In this document: positions 50,800 through 60,771 of the stretch, piece after piece
Position numbering within the stretch: the stretch's first letter is position 1
Layout: every line of letters starts with the position of its first letter
Source: an uncultured Nitrososphaerota archaeon
GTDB taxonomy: Archaea > Thermoproteota > Nitrososphaeria > Conexivisphaerales > DTJL01
Length of the DNA: 64,000 nucleotides
Reading direction: 5' to 3'
NCBI GenBank assembly: GCA_963842885.1
Contig: CAWJIE010000005.1
Coordinates: 32,001 to 96,000 of the forward strand
Position numbers and translations under genes: made by a program
Notes under the pieces: model-generated
The model's input: the letters and a program-made list of their open reading frames with translations, nothing else
What the model was told of the DNA's origin: nothing
The model's database searches: none

Positions 50800-51210
50800 C
50801 TAGACCTTCTCCGACTTTTCTGAGAGAGCGCCCTTGACCTGTCGGGCCGCATCTTCCCTGTCAATGTAGGTGAGGACACTGATAGAAGGCGTGCCGGCGA
50901 TGAGGCCGGACACCCTTGAGTCGGGGCGCCTGAGACAGATGACCTTCTTCCCCTTCATGACGGCGAACTCGAGCTCCATCCCCACGCCGTGGCTGGGGGT
51001 CGATATCTCGGCCACTATGGCGTCAGATGCCTCCAGGGCGTCAAAATCGCGCTTGGCGACCTGCTCAACGGGGAGGCCCCAGCTCGGGTCCCTGTCGAGG
51101 ACCCATTTCGAAGTGATTTGATGGCCTAATTCCTCTATGGCACCGGCCACCGCGCCGGCCAGCGACTGCTCCCTGTTGTACGTAAGCGGGACCGCGAGGT
51201 AGATCAGCAT
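50800..51210 (-). CDS. Nucleoside 2-deoxyribosyltransferase / DNPH1-like N-glycosidase
   Basis: IYLA, RD.....SD..VAE.S.PS.GVG.E, S..I.G. Confidence 0.88.
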   Translation of the reverse strand: MLIYLAVPLTYNREQSLAGAVAGAIEELGHQITSKWVLDRDPSWGLPVEQVAKRDFDALEASDAIVAEISTPSHGVGMELEFAVMKGKKVICLRRPDSRVSGLIAGTPSISVLTYIDREDAARQVKGALSEKSEKV

Positions 51211-51367
51211 CGCCTGTCCTCCGAGAAGCCTATCTCTTCCCGATATAAAGGGGACATGGGGAGCTGCGTTCAGAGCAGGGACTCCCTGCGATAGAACCTC
51301 AATACCCGCTTGGCGAAAGGATGCTCCGTGCGTCGCCGATGGCCTCGCACTTCCCCAGCCAACTGCA

Positions 51368-51407
51368 TTTTTGGATATCTGTGGCTGCTGGAAAAGGAAT
51401 CAATATC
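51368..51407 (+). repeat. Repeat family B, copy 2
   Basis: TTTTTGGATATCTGTGGCTGCTGGAAAAG...AATATC. Confidence 0.85.
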
Positions 51408-51554
51408 ATCAGAACGGCGCAGCAAGTCTCACCCGAATGCGCAGGGATTGCATGGAACGCCCCACATCAGCGAAAGGCGTAGTAAGCTAAGCTATTTACG
51501 CATACTTATTCAACATACGAAGCGTTAATATGTCTCCATAGTTCGTAAGCAGTC

Positions 51555-52229
51555 TTGATTACCTTGAAATCTCGACGTGCCGTTTCAAAAACTGTAATGC
51601 TGGCGGTGTTCCTCATCGTCGGCCTAGCCATCGGGTTCTCAGGAGGCTGGCTGCTCCAGGAGCAGACCATCATCAGCCTGACGAATGCCCGGAATAGCCA
51701 GGCGATATACGTCGACTCCGCTAACCACGAGGTCGTCGTCCAAGCCACGGCCATCCCTGCCGCGTTCGTCAATGCGACTATGCATGGCTTGAACTGGGAG
51801 GGCGGCAGCCTGGCAGCCGAGGCGGCATTCACGACCGTGGCGACTCCTACCGAGCTCTATGACGCGCTGGTGAGCTTGGGCGCCGTGCCGTCCAACAATG
51901 TCCATCTCGATTCGGCGGCTGGCACGCTGACGACCGGAACCCACATCACCATCTACGTGACTTGGACCGGAGCCCCCAAGAAGTACCTGCTGACTGACCT
52001 GCTCAACAACTACAATCTCACTTCAGGGGCTGGCACATTCGGTTTCGGCGGGAACCTGGCCACCAACACCCAGATAGGGACGGGATGCATGGCCTGCTTC
52101 TTCTCCTGTGCCATAGGGATAGTCAGCAGCAACGTCAACGGTTGGGAATCGCCCATGATGTGGACCCTGAACTCGGCCCTAATACAGCCAGGGCAGAACG
52201 TAACCTTCATCTATCAAATAGCGTCTTAG
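51555..52229 (+). CDS. YdjY-domain protein, membrane-anchored
   Basis: N-terminal TM; LY.AL..LGA.P.NN, VTW.GA, FGGN.....TGCMACFFSC.IGIVS resemble YdjY. Confidence 0.75.
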   Translation: MITLKSRRAVSKTVMLAVFLIVGLAIGFSGGWLLQEQTIISLTNARNSQAIYVDSANHEVVVQATAIPAAFVNATMHGLNWEGGSLAAEAAFTTVATPTELYDALVSLGAVPSNNVHLDSAAGTLTTGTHITIYVTWTGAPKKYLLTDLLNNYNLTSGAGTFGFGGNLATNTQIGTGCMACFFSCAIGIVSSNVNGWESPMMWTLNSALIQPGQNVTFIYQIAS

Positions 52230-52244
52230 GTCCTGTGAATCCGA

Positions 52245-52904
52245 TTGGATGCGCTGATTGCGGGGTTGTCGGGGGGACTTTCTTTGGTCGTCCTCCCGAG
52301 CCTACCCCTTCTGATTCTTTTCAACGTCGCAGATGACCTAGGGAGGAAGAGGATCCTATCGAGGCTGGTCCTTTTCCCGGCCGGAGTGGTCTTCATCTTC
52401 GGAGTCAGCATCGTGCTCATTCGCGCCTTTCCTGCGGTCTTCCTCCTGAATGCTCACTATCTGGACATCATTTGGGGCCTTCTCATAGTCTGGCTGGGTT
52501 ATGCAGTGGCCCGAAGGGAGGGTGCTTTCGTGATTCGCGCAGCGAGGGAGAACTTCCTCGCTTGGTGCTACGGGACATTCGTGATGGGCATACTCTTCGG
52601 AGCCCTCTGGATGAACTACCTTTCGACCAGAGACACAGCGGTACTACAGATCTACAGCAATGTCCTTTCCGCCACGCTTCCTTCTCTCACCTACGACGCC
52701 GTTGCCTACGCGTTAGGACTCGGACTGACCGTCTCAGTGGCCGCCCTTTTGTTGTACCTCCTGGCGGTTCCCGCAGCAGGACTCCTCAGACGTCACCGGG
52801 CTCAGGTCAAGTGGGTCGTTGGCCCCGTCCTCGCTCTCATCGGGGCCTATTTTATATTCAACGATGTTTGGGCGCTCCTGAGAGTGGCAGGCCTGGTGTT
52901 GTAG
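52245..52904 (+). CDS. CcdA/DsbD-TM-like membrane protein lacking the PC cysteines
   Basis: 6-TM layout, AGL.GG.SL..LP.LP, F.MG.LFG..W, YALG.G. Confidence 0.55.
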   Translation: MDALIAGLSGGLSLVVLPSLPLLILFNVADDLGRKRILSRLVLFPAGVVFIFGVSIVLIRAFPAVFLLNAHYLDIIWGLLIVWLGYAVARREGAFVIRAARENFLAWCYGTFVMGILFGALWMNYLSTRDTAVLQIYSNVLSATLPSLTYDAVAYALGLGLTVSVAALLLYLLAVPAAGLLRRHRAQVKWVVGPVLALIGAYFIFNDVWALLRVAGLVL

Positions 52905-52905
52905 A

Positions 52906-54045
52906 ATGAATCCCAGCAAGGGGGAAGTGATCAAAGAGTTCGAGAAGTGCACCGACTGTTTCGCTTGCCTCAGGCACTGCCCCTCCTACCAGGGGTTCGA
53001 GAAGGGGTTCCTCAAGGGGCTGTCGAAGTCCCTCAAGGAGGGCACGGTGGACGTGGACGACGCCATCGTGGCCTACAGGTGTACGTTCTGCGGCTTCTGT
53101 GAAACGCAGTGCCCCTACGAAGTCAGCGTCAAGGACCTGATGCTGGCCGTGCGCGAGTCATACGTCGCCAGCGGGCAGGGGCCTCTGGCCGCACACACAC
53201 CACTGTACGTGAACAGGAAGGTGAACTTCTTCAGCCTCCTCGACGGCTCGGCTCATGTGAAAATCGAGCATCCCGAGCACGCCGACAGGGTGTTCTTCCC
53301 TGGGTGCTCCCTGAGGGGATATAGGCCGGAACTGATGGAGAAGGTAGGCCATCTCCTGGGAGACCCATATATCATGAAATACGAGTGCTGCGGGAAGCCC
53401 CTCAAGATAATCGGGGCGAGGAAGGAGTACGAGGAGCACCACAAGTCCGTGGTGAAACTCCTCGAGCGGCTCCAGCCCAGCGAGATCATCACCGCCTGCC
53501 CCAATTGCTATAACAACTTCAAGCCCGACATCGGGTTTGCCAAAGTGACCTTCGCGGCCGAGGCGCTTCTCGACACGTTGACACCTTCCAAACCTGATAG
53601 CCGAACGGACCTGGGAACAGTGGCCATTCACGACTCCTGCCCCTACAGGCAGAACCCGGAGCTCTTCGACATCTCCAGGAAGTTCGTGGATACATTCTAC
53701 GGGGGGAAGCGGGTCGAGATGAAATACTCCCGGGACTCGCTCCTGTGCTGCGGGGCGGGAGGGGCGGTGAGCTATGCCAACGAAGGCCTCGCCAAGGATG
53801 GAGCGAGGGTGAGGACAGCGGACGCCAAGGAGCATGGCGCGGACACCATCGTCACCTTCTGCAACTCGTGCGGCGTCCAGCTCGGCGCCGTCACCAGGGA
53901 ATCAGGAGTCAGGGTCGTTCATGCCTTTGACCTTCTCGAACAGGGGAGTTTGCCCGACTACGAATCCATCTACAGGCGCAGCAAGTCGCAGTTCAGTGGC
54001 CTCTGCCTAGTGGAGAACCTCGTGAGGTTGTCCATCCAGGTATGA
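52906..54045 (+). CDS. Fe-S oxidoreductase with 4Fe-4S dicluster and two CCG domains
   Basis: CTDCFAC...CP, CTFCGFC...CP, FPGC, CCG, TACPNC, HDSC, CCGAGG, TFCNSC. Confidence 0.9.
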   Translation: MNPSKGEVIKEFEKCTDCFACLRHCPSYQGFEKGFLKGLSKSLKEGTVDVDDAIVAYRCTFCGFCETQCPYEVSVKDLMLAVRESYVASGQGPLAAHTPLYVNRKVNFFSLLDGSAHVKIEHPEHADRVFFPGCSLRGYRPELMEKVGHLLGDPYIMKYECCGKPLKIIGARKEYEEHHKSVVKLLERLQPSEIITACPNCYNNFKPDIGFAKVTFAAEALLDTLTPSKPDSRTDLGTVAIHDSCPYRQNPELFDISRKFVDTFYGGKRVEMKYSRDSLLCCGAGGAVSYANEGLAKDGARVRTADAKEHGADTIVTFCNSCGVQLGAVTRESGVRVVHAFDLLEQGSLPDYESIYRRSKSQFSGLCLVENLVRLSIQV

Positions 54046-55394
54046 TCGAAAACCCCGTGCTGAGACCGCACGCACAGGGCAGGACCGAAACCAACAGTGT
54101 TTGCCCCGTCTGCCTGAAGCCGGTATCGGCGACGCTGACCGAGGAGGGCGCCAGGATCTACATGGAGAAGGCCTGCGACGAACACGGGTCCTTCCGGGCT
54201 CTGGTCTGGAGCGACAGCGGGATGTACTCGTCTTACGAAGAGATGTTCCACTTTGACCAAGCGGGAGAGATGAAGGATGCGTGTCCTTTCGAATGCGGCC
54301 TATGTGAGTCGCATGAGCAGGGGACATGCGTGGCCATCGTCGAAGTGACGAACAGGTGCAACCTAAGATGCAAGGTGTGCTTCGCCGCCTCGAATGAAGG
54401 CAGGAGAACGGAGCCTTCGCTGGAATCCCTGGCCGAAGCATTCAAGACCATCATCGAGAACGGCGGGGCGACTCGCCCTGTCCAGCTGTCAGGAGGGGAG
54501 CCGACGACCCGGAGAGACCTCACGGAGATCGTCCGCATGGGCAGGGACATGGGCCTGCGTCACATTGAGATCGACACGAACGGAGTGGCCCTGGGCAACA
54601 ACCCATTGGTGGCCGATAGGCTGGCTGAGGCCGGCGTCAGCGCCATATACCTGCAGTTCGACGGCCTCGACGACAGCGTGTACAGGACGCTGAGAGGCGT
54701 CAACCTCCTCGACGTCAAGATGAAGGCCCTCGAGAATTGCAGGAGGAGCCATCTGGCCGTCGTGCTGGTGCCGGCGGTGGTCAAGGGAGTCAACGATGGC
54801 CAGATCGGCGACCTCATAAGGCTGGCCGCCTCAAGGGAGGAAATCAAGGGAATCAACTTCCAGCCAGCGACATTTCTTGGCAGGTTTCCCAGCGACCTGA
54901 AGAACTCCGAGGACAGGACCACCATCCCCGACGTCGTCCGAGCCATCGAGGCCCAGACAGGAGGTGAGGTGGCAGCCAGGGACTTCTTTCCCATACCATC
55001 GCTACACTATTCCTGCTCGGCCGTGACCCTCGCCCTGGCAGGGGAGGAGGGGCTCATGCCCCTTTCAAGGGTCATCGACGCCGTGGACGTCGTGAACCGC
55101 CTCGAGAATCCGTGCTGCACGGTCACCAAGGCCATCCCCAAGCTCTGGGACGTCTCAAATGAAAGGGAGACGTTCGACAGGCTCCGGAGCTATCTTGCGG
55201 GCTTGGGCCTGGAGATCGAAGGCGCTGAATCGAAGAAGATACTCTCAATCTCCATGATGGCCTTTCAAGACAGCTGGACGCTCGACGTCGAAAGGATGAG
55301 GAGGTGCCGCGTCCACGTTGTGAGGCCCGGGGGACAACTGGTCCCCTTCTGCGCGTATTACCTTGCCGATGCCAACGGCAGACGGATCTACTAG
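54042..55394 (+). CDS. Radical SAM enzyme, Tes/MJ0619/TrsS-like family
   Basis: N-terminal CPVC...C..H, CPFECGLC..H, CNLRCKVC, SGGEPT, YLQFDG, C-terminal MAFQD...D.ER..RC..H....PFC.Y. Confidence 0.9.
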   Translation: MIENPVLRPHAQGRTETNSVCPVCLKPVSATLTEEGARIYMEKACDEHGSFRALVWSDSGMYSSYEEMFHFDQAGEMKDACPFECGLCESHEQGTCVAIVEVTNRCNLRCKVCFAASNEGRRTEPSLESLAEAFKTIIENGGATRPVQLSGGEPTTRRDLTEIVRMGRDMGLRHIEIDTNGVALGNNPLVADRLAEAGVSAIYLQFDGLDDSVYRTLRGVNLLDVKMKALENCRRSHLAVVLVPAVVKGVNDGQIGDLIRLAASREEIKGINFQPATFLGRFPSDLKNSEDRTTIPDVVRAIEAQTGGEVAARDFFPIPSLHYSCSAVTLALAGEEGLMPLSRVIDAVDVVNRLENPCCTVTKAIPKLWDVSNERETFDRLRSYLAGLGLEIEGAESKKILSISMMAFQDSWTLDVERMRRCRVHVVRPGGQLVPFCAYYLADANGRRIY

Positions 55395-55409
55395 GCGGCG
55401 GACGTTGCA

Positions 55410-56150
55410 TTGTCTTCTTCCAATGAGCCTTCGGCTGCTTTAGACAAGGCCGCCGTGAAAGAAGGATACGACACACTGATGAGCCAGGTTTACGACTTCA
55501 TCACATGTTGGTTCCTGGGACCCTTGATAGCCAGGTCCCACACGACCCTGCTGAGGGCTCTGGGGGCGCCGGAGCAGTCTAGGTTGCTCGATGTGGGCTG
55601 CGGCACTGGCACGCTTCTGCGGATGGCTGGTGAAGGTCATCCCGAGTTGGCGGTGGGGCTGGACCTCTCCATCGGGATGCTCACTAGGGCGAAGCGAAAG
55701 CTTGACCGGGCTGGCTTGGAGGTGGTAAGCGGATTCGTGCTGGGCGACGCTGAAGCGATGCCTTTCAGAGATTCGAGCTTCGAGGTCTGCACGTGCACGG
55801 GGACCTTGAGGTTCCTCCCTGACCCGGCCTTGGCTCTTCATGAGACTTGCCGGGTTCTCGAAGCAGGCGGCCTCCTAGGGTTAAGGGAGATGGCGGGCGG
55901 CGATGAACCGAGGAGGATCCGGCACATCCCTCTTCCTTTCAAGAGAAGTTTCGTCGTGTGGAGGCTGCTCCCCGACCGATGGGTGGAGATACTCCTCAGG
56001 GCAGCGGGCTTCGAAGGAGTGAGGTCGTATCAAGGAGGGAGCGTCCCACAGTTCATCATAGCGATGGGGCCGCCGCTCAGGAAGTACGTCTTCTTCTTCG
56101 GAATCAAGGCCGCACTCCAACCGAGTTACGCTGGGGTACATACCTACTGA
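55410..56150 (+). CDS. Class I SAM methyltransferase (UbiE-like)
   Basis: LLDVGCGTG, GLDLS.GML, GDAE.MPF.D.SF. Confidence 0.88.
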   Translation: MSSSNEPSAALDKAAVKEGYDTLMSQVYDFITCWFLGPLIARSHTTLLRALGAPEQSRLLDVGCGTGTLLRMAGEGHPELAVGLDLSIGMLTRAKRKLDRAGLEVVSGFVLGDAEAMPFRDSSFEVCTCTGTLRFLPDPALALHETCRVLEAGGLLGLREMAGGDEPRRIRHIPLPFKRSFVVWRLLPDRWVEILLRAAGFEGVRSYQGGSVPQFIIAMGPPLRKYVFFFGIKAALQPSYAGVHTY

Positions 56151-56454
56151 CATCGTCACCATGCAGGCGTTCAATGGAGGGCAAAGCCTGCCTGCGGAAG
56201 TCAACGCCGACTCTAACCCCTCTGGTTACCGCCAACGATCAAGTCCAACGAGTCAATCTCCTCCTCGCCTAGCTGGTATCTCCCGAGCATTGTGCGGGAC
56301 TCCTGTGTGACACCAATAGGAGGTTGACTTCCCCCACCGGCTCTGGCCGGCTACAGGTCCGGCCTCTGAGTCATGGCGCTGGGATGGAACCTCGTTATCC
56401 TAGCGGTAGTCATATGAACCAGTGCGGCTAGGAGGAAACGGGTCGAAAGAGGAT

Positions 56455-57153
56455 TTGCCCGAGCGGGCGGAGAATGAAATCAAGATAGCCGTCAGGAAGA
56501 GATATGCGGCTGCCAGCCAGGGGACGGCCTGCTGCTGCGGGGACGCTACAACGGGAGGGTCGCAGGGGTCGGGCGTCGTGTCCCTCGGCTGCGGGTCTCC
56601 CGTCAAGTTCGCTGACCTAAAGCCAGGCATGACGGTCCTGGACCTGGGAAGCGGAGGGGGCGTAGACGTCTTCGCAGCGTCTAGGAGGATGTTCGGGGAG
56701 GGGAGGGTTCTGGGCGTCGATTCAACTCCGGAGATGGTGCTTCTGGCGAAGGAGACGGCTTCGAAGCGCGGCATGACGAATGTGGAGTTCCGCCTCGGTG
56801 AGATTGAGAACCTTCCCGTCGAAAGCGAGACCGTGGACGTCATCCTAAGCAACTGCGTCATCAATCTAGTCCCCGACAAGAAGAGGGCTTTCGAGGAGGC
56901 GTATCGCGTGCTTAAACATGGTGGTTCATTGACGATTTCGGACATAGTGGCCGAGAAGCCCCTCCCCGCCCTTGTAAGGGGAGATTTGGAGAAGTGGTGT
57001 GAGTGCGAAGCGGGATGTCTCACGAAGGAGGAGCTCCGCGCCTTCCTCCATGGGGCAGGCTTCGTGGACTTCAAGACCCTTGACGAAAGCCTATGGTCTG
57101 AGGCAGGCGATGTGAAGCTGGCTTCACTCACGTTCTATGCCAAGAAGCAGTAG
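56455..57153 (+). CDS. arsM: Arsenite methyltransferase-like
   Basis: CCCG, SLGCGSP, LDLGSGGG.D, GEIE.LP, SNCVINL, W..C.AG; the conserved As-binding Cys residues are present. Confidence 0.85.
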   Translation: MPERAENEIKIAVRKRYAAASQGTACCCGDATTGGSQGSGVVSLGCGSPVKFADLKPGMTVLDLGSGGGVDVFAASRRMFGEGRVLGVDSTPEMVLLAKETASKRGMTNVEFRLGEIENLPVESETVDVILSNCVINLVPDKKRAFEEAYRVLKHGGSLTISDIVAEKPLPALVRGDLEKWCECEAGCLTKEELRAFLHGAGFVDFKTLDESLWSEAGDVKLASLTFYAKKQ

Positions 57154-57372
57154 CGAGGCTGAAATGCCCACTTGTAGATCATCGAGGCATCTGCGAGGAG
57201 GCTTCTTCCGGGTTGCGTTTGACCGAGGCCGAGTTCAGTTGCCCGCGGACATTTACACAGGAAACTGGTCGTTCATCCAACGCTTGTGCTGGGCTGCTAT
57301 GCGGGGTGCATCTAGGCATGAAGGTGGCATACCCCTAGCTGCGGGTTCGGGATATCATCTCAGACTTGGACG

Positions 57373-57400
57373 CATGATCTTGGATATCTGTTGATGCTGA
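57373..57400 (+). repeat. Repeat family B, copy 3 (truncated)
   Basis: CATGATCTTGGATATCTGTTGATGCTG. Confidence 0.65.
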
Positions 57401-57458
57401 TATTGCTCTCCACTCACATCCAGCTGCTCTGTCGATGGCTTTGACGGTCTGATTTCAT

Positions 57459-58601
57459 CTAGTATGTTGCCGCGGGATTGTAAGGTGCGTATTCCGCGAT
57501 CCAGATATGCCAAAAGCCGGAGGAGTTAGAGCTCAAGGCCAGGAACGTCCCGTTGGTGGGGTCCCAACTGGGCTGCGTCGATTGTGCCTCCGGCGGACCC
57601 ATCCGCATTATAGTGTTGTTGCTCACGCTCCAGACGTAAACCCCCAGACCGGAAGACGAACCGTTGAGCACGCACGCCACGAGGCCGCCAACGGGGCTCC
57701 AACGTAGCGGGTCCGCGGAGATGACCTCCCCCGGACGCTCCTTGGTAGTATGACCGATGAGCAAGTAAAGGTACGACGCATGGTAACTACTCAGGCCTTC
57801 GGTCCAGACGTTAAACTCGGTTATGTTCAGCCGGTTGACCCAGACGTTAACGCCTCCAGGAGGAGGTTGCTGCGGCACCAACCCCGTCCAGTTTGAATAG
57901 TAGGCTATCATGGTGCCGTCTGAGCTTATCGCTCCCGCCCAGTAGTTGGCTCCGCCTTCGCTCAGGATCCCTGTCTCGCCCGAAGTCAGGTTCGTCCACT
58001 TGATCATGTAGAGCCCGCCCTCTGTATCAGTGTAGACCACCCGGTCGTTCCCGGCCCAGATGGGATTGAAGTCGGGGCTGTTCACCGCCGCCACAACGCG
58101 CTCCGAGTGTGTGCTCATGTCCACGCACATGAGCTGCAATGTCGGCGCCTCCACGTAGAAGAGGAGGTGCGAACCGTCCGGGCTCCACCCGGGGGTCATG
58201 TTGACGGCGCTATCGACGCCGCTCACGGTGATAGTGGAGAGGCTCGAAAGGGTGACCACCCTAATCGAAGCGTTGTTTCCCTCCAGGCTCCAGTAGGCGA
58301 TGCGCGACGAGTCGGGGCTCCAAGAGGGATTCATCGCCACCATGCCCGACGGGGTGAGCTGCTTCTCCCCCGTGCCCTGGGGGGTGATGACGTAGATCCC
58401 CCATCCTCCGTTGCGGTCAGAGGAGAACGCTATCCGCGTCCCGTCCGGGCTCCAGGCGGGGGACGTGTCGTTCCATGAGCCGGACGTAAGGACCCCGTAG
58501 TTCAACGGCCTAGTGTTCTTGAACCCAGGAGATGGTAGGCTCACCGTCACCAGAACGGGGACAACGCAAAGGCAGAGCGCCAGAGTGACCGCCCCTGCCA
58601 T
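57459..58601 (-). CDS. Secreted TolB/PD40 beta-propeller protein
   Basis: Repeated P.WSPDG..IAF.S motifs; N-terminal anchor. Confidence 0.88.
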   Translation of the reverse strand: MAGAVTLALCLCVVPVLVTVSLPSPGFKNTRPLNYGVLTSGSWNDTSPAWSPDGTRIAFSSDRNGGWGIYVITPQGTGEKQLTPSGMVAMNPSWSPDSSRIAYWSLEGNNASIRVVTLSSLSTITVSGVDSAVNMTPGWSPDGSHLLFYVEAPTLQLMCVDMSTHSERVVAAVNSPDFNPIWAGNDRVVYTDTEGGLYMIKWTNLTSGETGILSEGGANYWAGAISSDGTMIAYYSNWTGLVPQQPPPGGVNVWVNRLNITEFNVWTEGLSSYHASYLYLLIGHTTKERPGEVISADPLRWSPVGGLVACVLNGSSSGLGVYVWSVSNNTIMRMGPPEAQSTQPSWDPTNGTFLALSSNSSGFWHIWIAEYAPYNPAATY

Positions 58602-58901
58602 CGTTGCACGGGAGGACCGCACGGGACCGTTAATGGTATTCACATACTTAAATCTGTATATACGCGTATGCACAAACCAATATCAGCATACGCCGGAAAC
58701 CTCAGAGGTCGCCCGGTCCACCTCGGGCTTGCAGCCGGGCTGCTGATAGGGTGGCAGAGGTTGCGCTCCCCGGGACCATACGCCAGCGCAGACCGTTCCC
58801 TTCTGATTTCAACCACATAGGCAGCATTCCTTTCCTAGGACAGCGGCATCCCAAATTCCGGGGGGATGAGGCCGGCCGCCACTCATCCACGTGGACTGGA
58901 G

Positions 58902-60261
58902 TCACAGATGAAAGATTTGTCTCCAGCTCGAGGCGAAAATGCCTGCGAGGGCCGCCATGACGCCGACTATAATCAGGGCTATCCCGTCTTCGATGTACGG
59001 AAAGAACGTCTGACCATTGGTCATCAGGTTAAATACGAAGAAGATGTTCGCGGTCGTGCACACGACATAGCCGACGGTCAGCGACAGGCCAGCCAACGCG
59101 CCAATCTTGCCTCTCACCCCGAACATCACGGCCACAAGCATGAAGAGTAAGACCGCGGTCAGAGTCACGAGGGCATGTTCAATTCCCACCTGGAAGGTAT
59201 CGAGGTAGTAGATCGCGAAGGATTGGTTCGTGAAGCCTTTGAGGTGCGCAAACACGTAGACTGCGGGAAGCGTAACGGCGAAGTCTCCCCAGTAGAGTAG
59301 GAAGAGCAATCCGAAAGCGAGGGACTCCTTCATAGCGCCGATCGGTCCCCTTATGTGGAGCCTCTTAACCTCCTCCGCCATCACCGCACACATCACGAAC
59401 AGGGACGCCTGCATCGGGATGCCAGAGACGATAAAGAACTCGCCAGTGATTGTTGTGATGGTGGGCATCGCAGCGAGCGCGAAAAGTGCCACGGCCGGTG
59501 TGCCAATGAGCACCCCGTAAAGACCTATCTTCACAAGGAGGCCAGGCGCCCCAAGATACTGGTCGGCTCTGAACCACTTCACTATGAGTAAGACGATGGC
59601 TGCGTCGATGAATGCCATGATGAGCCCCTCATGCACAGCTTCCAATGAGGGGAGCGCGCCTAACAGCGCCGGGTGGAACCACAGGCTGTCCCCCAACGCC
59701 GCGTAGGAGCCTGCCGCCACGGAGGCCAGGGCCGCAGCGACCACAACCCACATCGCCAGCTGAGTCAGGTCAAACCCCAGTAATCGCATCGAAGCCGAGG
59801 AGGCCCTGCGGGGCCAGAGAGACAAGAAGAGGGCCGCAGCGGCGCCTGCCGCCAGTCCCATTCCAATGACCATGACGGCATATGCCAAGATGCTGTCGCT
59901 AATCAGAGGGATGAAAACCATCGCGCCCGATGACATCAAGCAGCCTGCTGTAATGGCGTGTTTGATGGCGTAACGCCTCCTTTTCGTTAATGTCGAAGAC
60001 ACTAACCGTGACAAGCACAAGCACTCCGGCCAAGGGCAATGCGAGGGAGTGGACGAAGAGGGGATTGAGGGAGACGATCCTGTACAGTAGGGACTGGGGA
60101 AGGCCGATGGCTTCGTACGCATTCCCCCCAGCGGGAGAGAAGATCATCCAGAGGAAAACGAGCAGGACTTCCCAGACGACGAGCGTGAAGACCTCCAGCG
60201 AAGAGGCGAACCTGAAGGGCCTTTCTTCGTAAGATGAATCAGACCCGCCAGAAGCAGTCAT
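58902..60261 (-). CDS. Polytopic membrane protein with intramembrane His, frameshift near 59985
   Basis: About 11-12 TM helices across two frames; VHSL, VHEG, EHAL. Confidence 0.65.
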
Positions 60262-60389
60262 AGGCCGACATATCAAGTGGTCGTATTATCTTATTTAAAT
60301 ATATAGTTCCCTGCTTTCCGGTCAAGGTGGTTCGAAGCGAGCCACTCGCCAATCAAGACCATGACGACTCGTCGAAGTTCGGGGGACGA

Positions 60390-60623
60390 TTAGCCAAGAA
60401 AACGGCTGCAATCGAGTGTGAAGCGAGGAACCAGAATGAGATAGAACTTGGGCGGTATGTCCATTCCACCAAATCCCAAGTAGTAGCAGCTCAGGGAGAC
60501 ATGCCTATGGAAAGATACGTTGTCATAAGGGACGACAGGAACGAATGCCGCCACCATCAACACCGCCACGGCTACGGTTGTTCCGGCGATGAGGGTTTTC
60601 CTTGACCTTTTCGACCCACTCAT
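60390..60623 (-). CDS. Small membrane-anchored hypothetical protein
   Basis: Basic N-terminus, TM helix, SLSCYYLGFGG. Confidence 0.5.
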   Translation of the reverse strand: MSGSKRSRKTLIAGTTVAVAVLMVAAFVPVVPYDNVSFHRHVSLSCYYLGFGGMDIPPKFYLILVPRFTLDCSRFLG

Positions 60624-60727
60624 ATGTTTGAAACAGCGCTTTCTTCCGTTTGCGCCTTGTAAGTAGCCACGGCTTTCCAGTCCTGTGCGGCTCTGAGGCT
60701 TGAAGGTGAGGGGGCCGCTGTTCTCGT

Positions 60728-60771
60728 CATGATTTTGGATATCTATTGCTGCTGGAAAGAATTACGATACC
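60728..60771 (+). repeat. Repeat family B, copy 4
   Basis: CATGATTTTGGATATCTATTGCTGCTGGAAAG...GATACC. Confidence 0.85.

Noticed and set aside
51555-57153. Selenocysteine or pyrrolysine read-through in the radical SAM cluster
   Set aside because: ORFs are complete with Cys codons; no in-frame TGA/TAG followed by continued homology
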